From Eledone cirrhosa (taxonomy: Eukaryota): a stretch of DNA of 64,000 nucleotides. The translations under genes were made by a program, and so were the position numbers. Under the pieces are notes generated by a model. That model searched no databases, was not told the origin of the DNA, and saw nothing but the letters and a program-made list of their open reading frames with translations. The DNA lies in NCBI GenBank assembly GCA_964016885.1, contig CAXHJY010000320.1, positions 34,367-98,366 of the forward strand. Reading direction: 5' to 3'. This document shows positions 34,531-46,572 of the stretch, piece after piece. Position 1 is the first letter of the stretch. Every line of letters starts with the position of its first letter.

Positions 34531-34600
34531 GGAGAGAGAGAGAGGGGAGAGAGAGGAGAGAGAGTGAGAGAGGAGAGAGAGTGAGAGAGAGAGAGAGAGG
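34220..34600. repeat. (GA)n-rich simple repeat
   Basis: GA tracts. Confidence 0.9.
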
Positions 34601-35557
34601 AGGGAAGATTCAGGTGAAACTTAAAATGAGGAAAATCCGATAAATATTGAAGAAATGGGGGAAATTCCACAGAACATTCCGATGTATGACATGACCGAGG
34701 GTAGGGATGATGTTTATGGTGATAGTTGTGGTGGTGGTGGTGTCAGTAGTGACAGTGTTGTTGTTGGTGATGGTGTTGGCAAGGTAGTGAAGTGTTGTTG
34801 CAGCAACATTGGACGAAAACCTGACTGACTATATTTGGGAAAAACTGCATCATTCCTTGCTGTTTCTAGAATGACCAGAGAAAGAGAGAGAGGTGTCAAG
34901 AGAGAGAGACAGAAATATAAGAGAGTGTGTGTGTGTGTGAAAAGAGAAGCAGAGAGAGAGAGACAGAGGGGGTTGTTGTAGTAAGTAATTTTCACGTCTA
35001 CAACGTTGTTATCGGGAGATCAGGCGAGCTGTAAACGAAGGGTGTGTGTGTATTTGTCTGCGAGTGTGTGCGTGGATGTGCGCACGAAGCGGAACGAAAA
35101 CATGACATATACAGAGATAAATTGGAAGGAAAATAATATAAATAAAATAAATTAGTATGTGCGTGTTTGTATATACATTACACATACACTTACTAATGTA
35201 TATAATCATTCAAACACCGGCCCCAGATATGCACACTTTTATGTCAGTGCGCGTAGTGTGTGCTTGCATATATGTATATGCGTGTACGTGTGTGGTTTTA
35301 TTTGAAATTCATATTGTGTACTACTTATAGAAAGATATATTTCTTTATTTACCATAAAGGCATAAAAAGAAGGGACAAATACAAAGGGGGAGTTTACATA
35401 TAATCGAGTAAAAAGGGTGTAACATGAAAATAATCGAAAATAACCTCAACTACTTATAGAAAGATAGACAACCAGACACATTCACGGACACAAACAATCA
35501 AACACACGCACTCTTGTAAAAGCATGCATATCTGGTGCGTGTGTATGCATGTATAGA

Positions 35558-35710
35558 ATGGCTGAATGGTTATCGAGTTCGCTTTGCGATTATTAAGTCC
35601 CGGGTTCGATCTCACTGTGTGGTATCTGGGGCAAGTGTCATTGCCATAACCTCGGGTCAACCTATACCTTGGGATTGAAATGAAATAGATAGAAATCGTT
35701 TGGAAGCCCC
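35558..35710 (+). mobile_element. tRNA-derived CORE-like SINE
   Basis: A box TGGCTGAATGG, B box GGTTCGATC, GGGCAAGTGTC. Confidence 0.7.
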
Positions 35711-35959
35711 GGCTATTCCGTTGAACAGCTGGAATACTCATAGTTAAAATTGACAGACGGCCATTCCTTGTATGTGTATGTATGCAAGATGTGTCTATGT
35801 AGGATTGTGGGTGTGTGCGACAGGGCCGGGGTTAATGTATGCTTGCGCGCGTGCGTGCGTGTGTGCATGTATGTGTGTTGATATTCCGCCTAACTGTAAC
35901 AGGAGACATGTCACAGTCCCAACAAAATAAATGCAAGAGACCACGTGTTATATATATAC

Positions 35960-36405
35960 CATCAGAAAGTGGCCTTGTTCGATATGTCAGAAAGGGGTGG
36001 GTAGAAATTCCATAAGGTGTACACAATGTAAAAATTATGGGCGTATAAGAGATGTAGTGGGATTGCAGGTAGGCTAACGGAAAAGATAAACTTCATATAC
36101 AGCAGATGTACAGGGGAAGTGAGCACAAAGAGCACACGTGAAATTCCTAGCAGCTGTGGTTGGTGATAGGAAGGGCATCCAGTCATAGAAATGTTGCCAA
36201 ACAAATGGCTGGGAGGACCCACAGTTGTGTCAAAGACATGGTAACCTCTCCTTTGCATGGTGGAGTGTTGACCACACATAAGAAAGACATATATACCTGG
36301 CCTGCCTGGGAGATCAGTAGCTCTGCTATAGTACTGACTTGGTCTATGTTGACTTGACCAACCCATGCTAACAGGAAAGCGGACATTAAAATGACAGCGA
36401 TGATG
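35960..36405 (+). mobile_element. RTE-derived fragment (PHD-finger remnant) joined to an RTE-3'UTR module
   Basis: [32 protein letters not shown] then AGGAAGGGCATCC and GATGAT tail. Confidence 0.7.
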
Positions 36406-36430
36406 ATATATCGTCAATATATGTTCTCCG

Positions 36431-36614
36431 GTGGATTGGCAGTATCGGTAGAGGGTCGGACGCCATGCTTTGCAGCATAGAGTTACGGCCCTTTATGGTC
36501 TGAGTTCAAATCCCGCCAAGGTTAACTTTGCCTATCATCCTTACGGGGTCAATAAAATAAAGTACCAGTAATACACTGAGATAATTGCTGGCCTTGTGCC
36601 TAAAGTAGAAACAA
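36431..36614 (+). mobile_element. Full-length tRNA-derived SINE (Meta-like central domain)
   Basis: A box TGGCAGTATCGG, B box GAGTTCAAATCC, CTTTGCCTATCATCCTTACGGGGTCAATAAAATAAAGTACCAG. Confidence 0.85.
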
Positions 36615-36697
36615 TATATGTTCTCTCTCTCTCTCATATATATATCTATATATTAGAATATAAATATTAATAAAATAGATGTTCTTTGATCAATTAC

Positions 36698-36750
36698 ATT
36701 TTATTATACATATTTCGGATGTACAACAGTACGTCCTCATCAGACAAAAT
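36698..36750 (-). ncRNA. Type I hammerhead motif
   Basis: attttgt-CTGATGA-ggacgtac tgtt gtacatcc-GAAA-tatgta-TA-ataaaat. Confidence 0.8.
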
Positions 36751-36850
36751 ATAATGATATATGACATACCCTGAGATGTTAAATGCTTAAGATTTAATCA
36801 AGGTAGTACCTTAACCATTTAACATCTCAGGGTATGTCATATATCATTAT

Positions 36851-36908
36851 ATTTTGTCTGATGAGGACGTACTGTTGTACATCCGAAATAAAATATGTAT
36901 AATAAAAT
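36851..36908 (+). ncRNA. Type I hammerhead motif with a 5-nt duplication in helix III
   Basis: Same as the left arm but GAAATA-AAATA-TGTATA. Confidence 0.7.
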
Positions 36909-37050
36909 GTAATTGATCAAAAGAACATCTATTTTATTAATATTTATATTCTAATATTAATAACTCCGGAAAATTATTTTACCGTAGAGTGCTTCCAATC
37001 TACTGTAAAACTCATTCTTTGATAAACTCATTGAATCTTGTTTAACTCTT

Positions 37051-37086
<36 letters not shown>

Positions 37087-37091
<5 letters not shown>

Positions 37092-37286
37092 AACAAGTAA
37101 GACCCCGACGGCTGAGCTCAAGCCGTTTCGACGGCTAATTCTGGACGCGTCCAGAATTAGCCGTCGAAACGGCTTGAGCTCAGCCGTCGGGGTCTTACTT
37201 GTTCCTATTACCCACTCTACTACCCTAAGTATTGAGTACTTTGGTGCGTTATGGTCCACTTGGTTCCTTACCACATTTCCTTCGTT
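37087..37286. mobile_element. Fold-back element: 122-bp perfect palindrome with half-hammerhead, plus tail
   Basis: 37087-37208 perfect palindrome centred on ACGCGT; GAAACGGCT..AGCCGTC helix III with GUC site. Confidence 0.75.
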
Positions 37287-37914
37287 ATATATATATAAAG
37301 GAATTCGTTTTCAAATATAAAAACTGGAAAGGTGTTGGTAACATATGTAATCAATATATGATATATATATATATATATATATATATAATCAATATATGTT
37401 ACACACACACAAAATCACATATATATATAGTCATTTTGCACACGCACGAGTATATATATAGGTATATATATATATAGTATATATAGGTGTGTCTGAAGAA
37501 TACAGACAAAAAAAAAACAGAAAAACATTCACATGTATATTTGCATACACACACACACATACATAAACACAAACATACAAAAACACACATATGCACAAAA
37601 CACTCACACAAACGTATATACGTGCACACACGTGCATGCATAAAACATAAAAAAAAAACGGATGGATTCACAGACACACCACGTGTATACAAGCGCACAA
37701 ACAATACGAAAAACTCACACACTCACACATACTCATAAAAAACGACATGCAGCGTTACACAAACCATACACACAGAAGCAATAATGCACACCCATGAAAT
37801 GCACCTTGGCCCCCACTCCCAAATGCCGGAGTACTCACCTACTACCCCAGCCTTCTTAAAATGTATGTAGGTATGTGTATACATAAAGCTTATTTGCACA
37901 ATGACACTGCACTA

Positions 37915-38496
37915 AGGCGTGAGAGGACTGATCTCTGGTGTTATGAAGTATTACAGAAGACCCACCCTCCCATATGCTCGAGCTGAGGCATATATCTAGA
38001 AGGCAAAGCCTTCCCCTGCCATCTCCCTTCCCATACACCTCCATTGCAGTCATCATCCCAACCCTATACTTACGTCCCCAATTTCGCCAAGCATCTTCCT
38101 CCCATAAAGTAATCTCCTCCTGGAGCCACAACAAAAGAGCCCAGACCACACTATAAAGTGGCCATGTAGGTTTCACAACAAAAGAGCCCAGACCACACTA
38201 TAAAGTGGTCATGTAGGTGTCACGACAAAAAGCACCCAGTCCACACTGGGTAGTTGTGTTGGCGACGCAATAAAAAGTGCCCTGCCCACACTGTAAAGTG
38301 GTCGTGTAGGTGTCACGACAAAAAGCACCCAGCACACACTGTAAATGTGGTTGGCATTAGGAAGGGCATCCATCCACAGAAACCAAGCCAAAATCAGTTC
38401 TATACGAGCGAAACATGGTCCTCCGACCTGATCTCTCACAATGAGACAGCCCGTCCTACCCATGCTAGCATGGAAAATGGATGTTAAACGATGATG

Positions 38497-38500
<4 letters not shown>
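37915..38500 (+). mobile_element. RTE 3' end with tandem ~47-nt modules and (GAT)n tail
   Basis: DLWCYEVLQKTHP resembles [15 protein letters not shown]; AGGAAGGGCATCC; GATGATGATG. Confidence 0.7.
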
Positions 38501-38538
<38 letters not shown>

Positions 38539-38604
38539 TGTGTGTGTGTTTGGATCTAGCCGTTGAAATGGCCAAAGCTGAAGCATAGGGATCCTGACTC
38601 TTTT

Positions 38605-38654
<50 letters not shown>

Positions 38655-38657
<3 letters not shown>

Positions 38658-38870
38658 TCATCATCATCATTTTACGTCCGCTTTTCCCTGCTTGCAAGGG
38701 TGGGATGGGAACTGATTCTGGCTTGATTTCTACAGCTGGATGCCCTTCCTAACACCAACCTCATTTACAGCGAGGGCTGGCTGCTTTTTTTTCTGTGGCG
38801 CTTACACTTCCACTTTACAGTGTGGGCTGGGTGCTTTTTTGCCGTGGCACCTCCACGCCCACTTAGCAGT
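38655..38870 (-). mobile_element. RTE 3'UTR-related short element
   Basis: Very similar to 19663-19930. Confidence 0.75.
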
Positions 38871-38889
38871 GGAATGATAGGGACCTCAG

Positions 38890-39034
38890 TCCTATCATCT
38901 CATTTCTACAGCTGAGTAAACTGGGGCAATGTGAAATAAAGTGTCTTGCTCAAGGAAACAACACATCACTCAGTCTGAGAATTGAACTCAAAACCTTTCA
39001 ATTGCAAGGCCAATGCTCTAACCACTAAGCCATG
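38890..39034 (-). mobile_element. tRNA-derived SINE (CCTTGAGCAAGACACTT family)
   Basis: A box TGGCTTAGTGG, B box GAGTTCAATTC on the minus strand. Confidence 0.7.
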
Positions 39035-39060
39035 TGCCTCCATGTATATATATATATATA

Positions 39061-39425
39061 TCTAGGAGAAGGAAAACTGATATAACACCTGCAACCCTGG
39101 TGGTATCCAATGATGTTGACTTGTTCTTTTTGGTAAATATCATCTTGGTTAAGAGAGTGGGACTGGCTTTGTGCAGTGCCTTTGCTCACTATAAAAGCTT
39201 CACGGCACAGGCATTGCTTTATATCTGGAGATCTCTCTGCCCTTGTCGTCACATGGTACCATGGGCCCAGCACTATGTGTCAATAATTGTCACAAGTGTA
39301 GTGTTTGTACCAAAGTTTTCAAGTCGCTGGCTGGACTAAAAAGTCACTCATTCAGCGCATCGGTAGGGGTTCTCCTACATGGATATAAGGTAGTGGCCGT
39401 ACTCGAAAACGAGTTGGCAGCCACC
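39061..39425 (+). mobile_element. Second, 5'-truncated copy of the 404-916 element
   Basis: Near-identical to 545-916. Confidence 0.8.
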
Positions 39426-39450
39426 ATATATGTAAGTATATATATATATA

Positions 39451-39806
39451 TATGGATGTGCAACGTCAATCTGCATGAATGACCCATCATGAATGTGTTG
39501 AGAGAGAAACTGTGTCAGAGGGATAGAATGTAGTGTGTGAGAGGAGACTGAGGTGGTATGGACATGTGATGCGCATGGAGGATGACCGATGGGTGAAGAA
39601 GTGCCAGGAAATGCCAGTTGAAGGAAGACGTGGTAGAGGTAGACCACGAAAAACATGGGCGGAGATGGTGAGAACAGACCTCAGATCGCTGAAGCTCACG
39701 GTGGAGATGGCGAAGGACCGTAACAAGTGGAGAGATGCTGTGCTGAATAAGACCCGTCCCACCCTTGTAAGCAGGGAAAAGCTGACGTAAAATGATGATG
39801 ATTATG
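39451..39806 (+). mobile_element. RTE 3'-terminal fragment from a different subfamily
   Basis: [27 protein letters not shown] then ATGATGATG. Confidence 0.85.
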
Positions 39807-39818
39807 ATATATATATTG

Positions 39819-39850
<32 letters not shown>

Positions 39851-40062
39851 ATATAGGCGTCTGTCATCTTACCATCCCATTCCTACTGACTAGCCTCTGT
39901 GTCACGTGATTGATTCTTTAGAATCGGCCATTTGACTAGAGGCAGTGAGGATTTCAGTGCATGGAATTTAGTCCCCGCTAGCTGTTCCATCTACCGAATT
40001 ATTATTATTTTTATATGAGCCCCCAGTGTCCGCGCATTGCCTGGAGACTTAGCTGAGAATAG

Positions 40063-40144
40063 ACTCCCTGATGACGCAATGAATTCTCGACAGTTAGATT
40101 ACGTAACTGTCTTTATCCCATTGCAGAAACTAATTAGTTGGAGT
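40063..40144 (+). ncRNA. Type I hammerhead motif with branched stem II, in a TA-flanked insert at 39855-40210
   Basis: actcc-CTGATGA-cgcaatg..cattgca-GAAA-ctaattag-TT-ggagt; palindromic helix III. Confidence 0.8.
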
Positions 40145-40208
40145 GAAAATTTAAGTAAGTTAAAATTTTTTTAAAAAAACTTTTTATAAAAAATTTTCTT
40201 ATTTTACG

Positions 40209-40247
<39 letters not shown>

Positions 40248-40402
40248 CAATAAAATAATATATAATAAAATAATTATGGTTTTATAAATATACTTTCCAT
40301 TTATTAATATATTGAATATTTACTCCAGTAATTTGTTGAGTGCTCTATATCAGCTATAAACCTTTAAGTTTGTTGGAATCTCAACAAATTAAATATAACT
40401 TC

Positions 40403-40484
<82 letters not shown>

Positions 40485-40844
40485 GATCTATATTGGAATA
40501 CTCAAATATCACCATGAATATATATATGAACCAGAAAACATAAGTAGTAGGTCACATTTACATTCTTTACTGATTATTGTATTTAGATTTTCTGGCAAAA
40601 TTTATATAGAAAATCCTCAATTATAGATTTATGTGTGTGTTTATATATAATTAATAAATGAATGTATATTAACATATAACATTATATTATTATATGTAAA
40701 TCACCACAGTTATTTTATAATGTGTATGTATAATAATATATAGTATGTATGATTGCCTTCCCTATTCTATTTCAACACTACAGTTGCCACCCCATGAGGT
40801 AGAGAGGGCCCTTCAGTTGAGTCTATGGCTGACAACCTCCCTAT

Positions 40845-41485
40845 GCTGGTGTCATGTTAAAATGCATCCAGTACAATCTGTAAAGTGGTTGGTGTTAGGA
40901 AGAGCTTCCAGCCATAGAAACCATGCCAAAAATGGTTGAGACAATCCTCCAGTCACAATACGACAAACTCTCTGGTTCTGGTGCCACAAAAAATGTACCC
41001 AGTACACCCTGTAAGGTGATTGGTGATAGGAAGGACATCCAGTTGTAGAAACCATGCCAAAAAAAGAGTCAAGAGGACTCTAGTATTGATGATCTACACA
41101 ATATATGCACTCAGTAAACACTGTAAAGTGGTTGGTGAGAGGAGGGATATGCAGAACACTCACCAAATAAGTCAGATGGACTCTTCAGCTGTGTCAAATG
41201 TACAATAACCTCCTTAGTGCTATTGTCATGATAAAGTACACAGGGTGCACTCTGTGAGGTAGAGGAATGTATGTAAGCAAGATGTGGCACCATGGCTCAT
41301 CTGAGAGGTTGCTACAATTATATGCATCCAGTGAACTTGGTAGAGTGTGGAAACGTATATAAGTGAGATGTAGGCTCCTAGCCTGTTTGGGAGGCCAGTA
41401 GCTCAGTTGGGGGATTGACTTGGTCTGTGATAACCAATCCATCATTTTCTAGCAAAGAAAACAGACATTGAACACTAATAATGAT
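40845..41485 (+). mobile_element. Degenerate tandem RTE-3'UTR-type SINE modules
   Basis: Three GTAAAGTGGTTGGTG..AGGAAG-like blocks. Confidence 0.6.
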
Positions 41486-41589
41486 GTATAACAGCACTAT
41501 TATCACACATACACTAGAATAGCATTACAGATCCTTTATATATTATGTGTTTGGGTACTGTGTAGTTACAATCAAGGCCTGAGAGAGAT

Positions 41590-42350
41590 TGATGGAACAA
41601 TCTAGGATGGTGCTGCTGTTACACAGACCTCTTAGACCAACAATGGGGATACTGCTCCCACATTTAGGACAGTTGCACTCATTGACATCCTAGATGGCAC
41701 TCAATTAATTGGTGTAAAGTCTTCCACAGACACTCTCCAGTCTCTGGGCTACAGTTCTACTCTTTCCTCTCGTTACGTCTACCTCTACTACAATGATCTC
41801 TGCTGCTTGAAGTTTGCCAGACTCATGCCATCTCTACTCAGGTATTCCTGACTTACTTGTTTCTCCTCTTCCCATCACTCATGATGTGTTCAACCTCCAC
41901 ACCTTGCTTTAACTACTATTCTCAACCCTTCCTCCAGAAGGCCATCACTCTGGAACTCCTTCCCAGCTCATTTCTTTCCTAGTTTAAACATGACATCAAC
42001 AGAATCAATCTTTCTAGTTTCAAAGGGCCTGTCCTTCTTGCAGACCTAGCAGATAAAAAAAAAAAAGAAAACATCTGCAGACATTTTCTCATCTTATTTG
42101 CAGTCAACCACTCTCTCTGAAGTTAACTGTATACATATAAATGATTTTGGAGCAAATTCTTCAATTGCTGTAAATGATCCAGGCACACAATGGTGAGCCA
42201 TTCCCACATCTGGGATAGTGCTGCTGTTAGATACACTAATATGCTAGATCCACAATGGAGTACTGCTCCCACTACATACACTAACATCGCAGACCCACAA
42301 TACATTACTGCTCCTACATCTGGTACAGTGTTGCTACAGCTACACATACA
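41590..42350 (+). pseudogene. Decayed CR1/Jockey-group LINE 3' remnants
   Basis: MEYCSHIW-like repeats and WNSFP..FKHDINR remnants. Confidence 0.45.
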
Positions 42351-42733
42351 GACATCCTCTATAGTTTACCTCTCATCATCATTATTATTCTAATATTCAG
42401 TTTTCAATGTTGGCATGGATTGGATGGGTTTGCCATAGCGCACACCTCCACTCATATTTTATATAGAGAAAAATGCTTGCTGGTAACAAAACCAGCAGTT
42501 TCTTGAACTATTTTCTTGGCCTTTGACTAATCCCCATACTATTGCTAAGTCCACATGAGTGCTGGTTTAATGCCAACTAATACCCTAAACACAGCCCAAC
42601 AAGCTCCAACCCTTTCATTATCTGACAAAACATTAAGAAATAAGTTCTGACTGTGAAATAATAGGTTAAGCATTTTCTTCAAGGTCCTACAACTATATCA
42701 AGTATACACCATATATATATACAACTATATTAA

Positions 42734-42941
42734 CCCTTTAGCATTTATATTACTATTTATGTACTATTATATTTTCATGGAAAAGGCTTTATCTCATATA
42801 ATATCAAAGCTATGAGATTTTGATATTATTTATTTTGAGAACACTATCTTAACATAAGTATGAGCAGCCGGTTATGGCAGATTTGAACAGAAAGAGGAGA
42901 GAGAATTCTGGCTGGATATGGCTGGTTTAAATGCTAAAGGG
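42734..42941. mobile_element. piggyBac-type MITE
   Basis: 14-bp TIR CCCTTTAGCATTTA / TAAATGCTAAAGGG, TTAA on both sides. Confidence 0.85.
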
Positions 42942-43086
42942 TTAAATGTACACAAGTCCATCATGTATCTCCCCTCAAAACAGTTAGTTGCCTGTTTCTT
43001 AATTTTATATACTTAACACTAAATAGCAGGAAATTATTTTCAATAGTTAAATTCATTTTTGTAAATGGAGGAAAATGTGAATGCAG

Positions 43087-43240
43087 ACATAGCTGAGTAG
43101 TTAAGAAGTTGGCTTCATAACAGAGGATCTAGGCTCAATCCCACTGTGTGGAATCTTGGGCAAGTGTATTTACCATATCCTCAGGTTGCCCCAAGGCATG
43201 TGAGTGAAATTGGGTAGACAGCAACTGTGTGGAAGCTTAT
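43087..43240 (+). mobile_element. tRNA-derived CORE-like SINE
   Basis: TAGCTGAGTAG..GGCTCAATCCC..CTTGGGCAAGTG. Confidence 0.6.
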
Positions 43241-45060
43241 CAGATGGACTGTACCTATAATTCAGAAGTCCAGCTTTGTTACATACTGATTTCTGCCTGA
43301 GAATTACATTAAGAACATTCAACCACTTACACATTGATTTTGTGTCAGGCATTTAGTTGATTGAATGCTCATCATTAATCTTGGAACATCCATCATAAAA
43401 TACAAATACAAAAATTTATTGAAAATAATTCTTTCTAAAGTAATTAATATTGGTGATCAATTTTTCGAAAGAAATTCTAATGAAGAAATATCCATATTTA
43501 TACTAAACATTATTTATGTCATTGGTTTAGGGGGTAGAGAGAACTCTCCAGTTTTCACCAAATACAAGACCACCTCTCCAGTGCTGGCACCCCTAACATT
43601 AAAAATACATCATATATCAATATACTTGAATCAAGTATTTATTGTTGTCTATATATAACCTTATACTTTTTCTCTGTAGTTTTTTTTTTATCAAGTTTTC
43701 AAAATTAATCTGGTGTAACAAATCTACTTTTGTACTTATCAGAGACATGTTTAGCTTATCTTGTCACATAGTTGGCATTTTTTAATGTTACATCTCAAGA
43801 GGCTGAGGCTAGTACATTTGTACCATGTTTTTTTTTTATTCCTTTACTGATATCAGTCATTAAGCTTCAATCATTCTAGAGTACTACAGTTTTATGTAAC
43901 TAATTTTCACACAATGTTTATATCAGAACTTTCCAAACTGTATAGTACCAGATTTTAGTTTATTGTGAAATTAAGTCAAATCAGATAATTTTTACAAATA
44001 CGACAAAATAAAATGCACCCAGTACACTCTGTAAAGTGGTGGTGGTAGCAAGGACTGTAGAAAACCAGTCAAACAAAGGGTCAAGAAAATTCTTTAGTTG
44101 TCTCAAAGACATGATAACCTCCCTAGTGCTAGTGCCACAATGAAATGCATTGTGTACTCTGTACAGTGTGAGAATATATGTGAGATGCAGCCCTCAACCC
44201 ATCTGAAAGTCAGTTGTTCCAATTAAGTACTAACATGGTCTATAATGATCTGTCCAATCCTTGCAAGTAAAGATAATGGATGTTTGATGCTGATGAAATA
44301 TGACAGAGTTGCTAAATTATCATGGTATTTGTTCTGGCTCATTGGAGCAAGTTCAACTGTCTTTCATCTTTCCAGAGTCAATAAATGAAATAACAGTTCA
44401 GCAAAATTGTTAGAGTCAGACAATATACTGTGCAATATCTGATCCTGCTCTGTGCATTCTGTGTACAAATTCAGCCTCTTTTTAACAGGAGCTGTGAGAG
44501 AGAGATAGTATCAGCAATGGAAAAGCCAATGAAAACAGTTTCCTTGGTTCATTCTGACAAATGGCTCTTTTCATTTCCTTTTATACTCTAAATATTTTTC
44601 TGTTTTTATTAATCTTTGATCAAGTCTTCAAATTAATCTGGTGAAACAAATCTACTTTTATATTTTACAGAGGTCTAGCTTGTGAATATTTGAAGCTGTG
44701 ATCATTCCAGAGATCCTCAGTATTAGTGAAAGAGCACTATATACATGTATTTTAGAGTTATTACTCATCATCAGTAGTTGCTTACTTATGCCAAAATACA
44801 AAGACTTCCACTGTAATATGGTCACGGTTAAAATATTTTTCGCAATAAGACTAAATGTGTGTATAATATACATAAACATTGTATATCAGTCCATATATAC
44901 ACCTTTATTCTAAATCACATTGTGTTAGTGCTATTGCTAATATACATGTGTGTGTGCGTATATATATAGAGGGTATCTCCCTAACATGTATACTGATTTT
45001 GATTACAATACTGTTGAAGTGTGTACACATTTTTTGGGGACACCCTATATATATATATAT

Positions 45061-45536
45061 ATCATTTCGGATTCACATCCATCAACTGGGTTTTTTTTCC
45101 GGGGTGGGGGAAAAGGTTGTCTGTCGGACAAGTCCGGAACGCGTCCTTCGCTGTTTGTTGTTTTGAATATCGGGGTATTCGGCAGAGCGCGCATGTGCGT
45201 GAAATGGGGTCGGTCGTACAGAGGTCAGCGGCCGGAAAAAAACCCCAGTTGATGGAGGTGAATCCGAAATATATAGGGACTATTAAATCTCTCCCAAGGT
45301 AACTCTCTCTTGTGTTGTTATTTTTATTTTATCCATTATACTCTTCCCTTCATTCTACACATCTCGCACATCTTATACACACCACGCATCTCAACGTACA
45401 CACACTTACATCTCTCTCTCCACCACCGGACCTTGTTACCCGGAGATTTACCCATTTGCATTGTCGAGGCTTCCAAACGACTTAAATATATTTACTTATT
45501 GTTCCACAATGCTTCAAGCAAACTTCAATACTCTCT

Positions 45537-45537
<1 letters not shown>
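45061..45537 (+). mobile_element. TA-flanked insert with 39-bp inverted repeats and an atypical hammerhead-like motif
   Basis: IR 45064-45102 / 45232-45270; ccc-CAGTTGAT-gga ggtgaa tcc-GAAA-tata-TA-ggg. Confidence 0.55.
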
Positions 45538-45567
<30 letters not shown>

Positions 45568-46078
45568 TATATAATATAGATTTATAATATAGATATATAA
45601 TATATATATAATATAGATATAATATATAATATAGATATATAATATAGATATATAATATATATATAATATAGATATAATATATAATATAGATATATAATAT
45701 ATATATAATATAGATATATAATATATAATATAGATATATAATATAGATATATAATATATATATAATATAGATATATAATATATAATATAGATATATAATA
45801 TAGATATATAATATAGATATATAATATATAATATTGATATAAATATATATATATATATAATATATAATAGATATAAATATATATAATATAGATATATAAT
45901 AGATATAAATATATATAATATAGATATATTATATATATATATATAATATATAATATTGATATAAATATATATATATATATATAATATTGATATAAATATA
46001 TATATATATAATATTGATATAAATATATATATATATATATATATAATATTGATATAAATATATATATATATAATATTG

Positions 46079-46118
<40 letters not shown>

Positions 46119-46286
46119 ATATTGATATAAATATATATATATATATATATAATATATAATATTGATATAAATATATATATATATATATATATAATATATA
46201 ATATTGATATAAATATATATATATATATATATAATATATAATATTGATATAAATATATATATATATATATATAATATATAATATTG

Positions 46287-46330
<44 letters not shown>

Positions 46331-46331
46331 G

Positions 46332-46373
<42 letters not shown>

Positions 46374-46446
46374 GATATAAATATATATAATATAGATATA
46401 TAATATATATATAATATATATATATATATAATATATATATATATAT

Positions 46447-46477
<31 letters not shown>

Positions 46478-46519
46478 ATATATATATATTATAATATATA
46501 TATATTATAATATATATAT

Positions 46520-46570
<51 letters not shown>
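45538..46570. repeat. TA-derived satellite (ATAATATAG / ATATTGATATAA units)
   Basis: Direct reading. Confidence 0.95.
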
Positions 46571-46572
46571 TT

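Larger units (their letters stand above)
36650..37050. mobile_element. Inverted pLTR-like element with two hammerheads
   Basis: Inverted arms ~36650-36791 / 36810-36957; hammerheads at 36698-36750(-) and 36851-36908(+). Confidence 0.8.

Noticed and set aside
36431-36520. tRNA-like A/B boxes
   Set aside because: SINE heads; no cloverleaf, and they continue into the SINE body
38540-38607. Short insert between TA tracts containing CTGAAG and GAAAT
   Set aside because: Motifs cannot be arranged into a hammerhead with supporting helices
44968-45047. Possible Tc1/mariner MITE (GAGGGTATCTCC...GGGACACCCT)
   Set aside because: TIRs too short and mismatched to call
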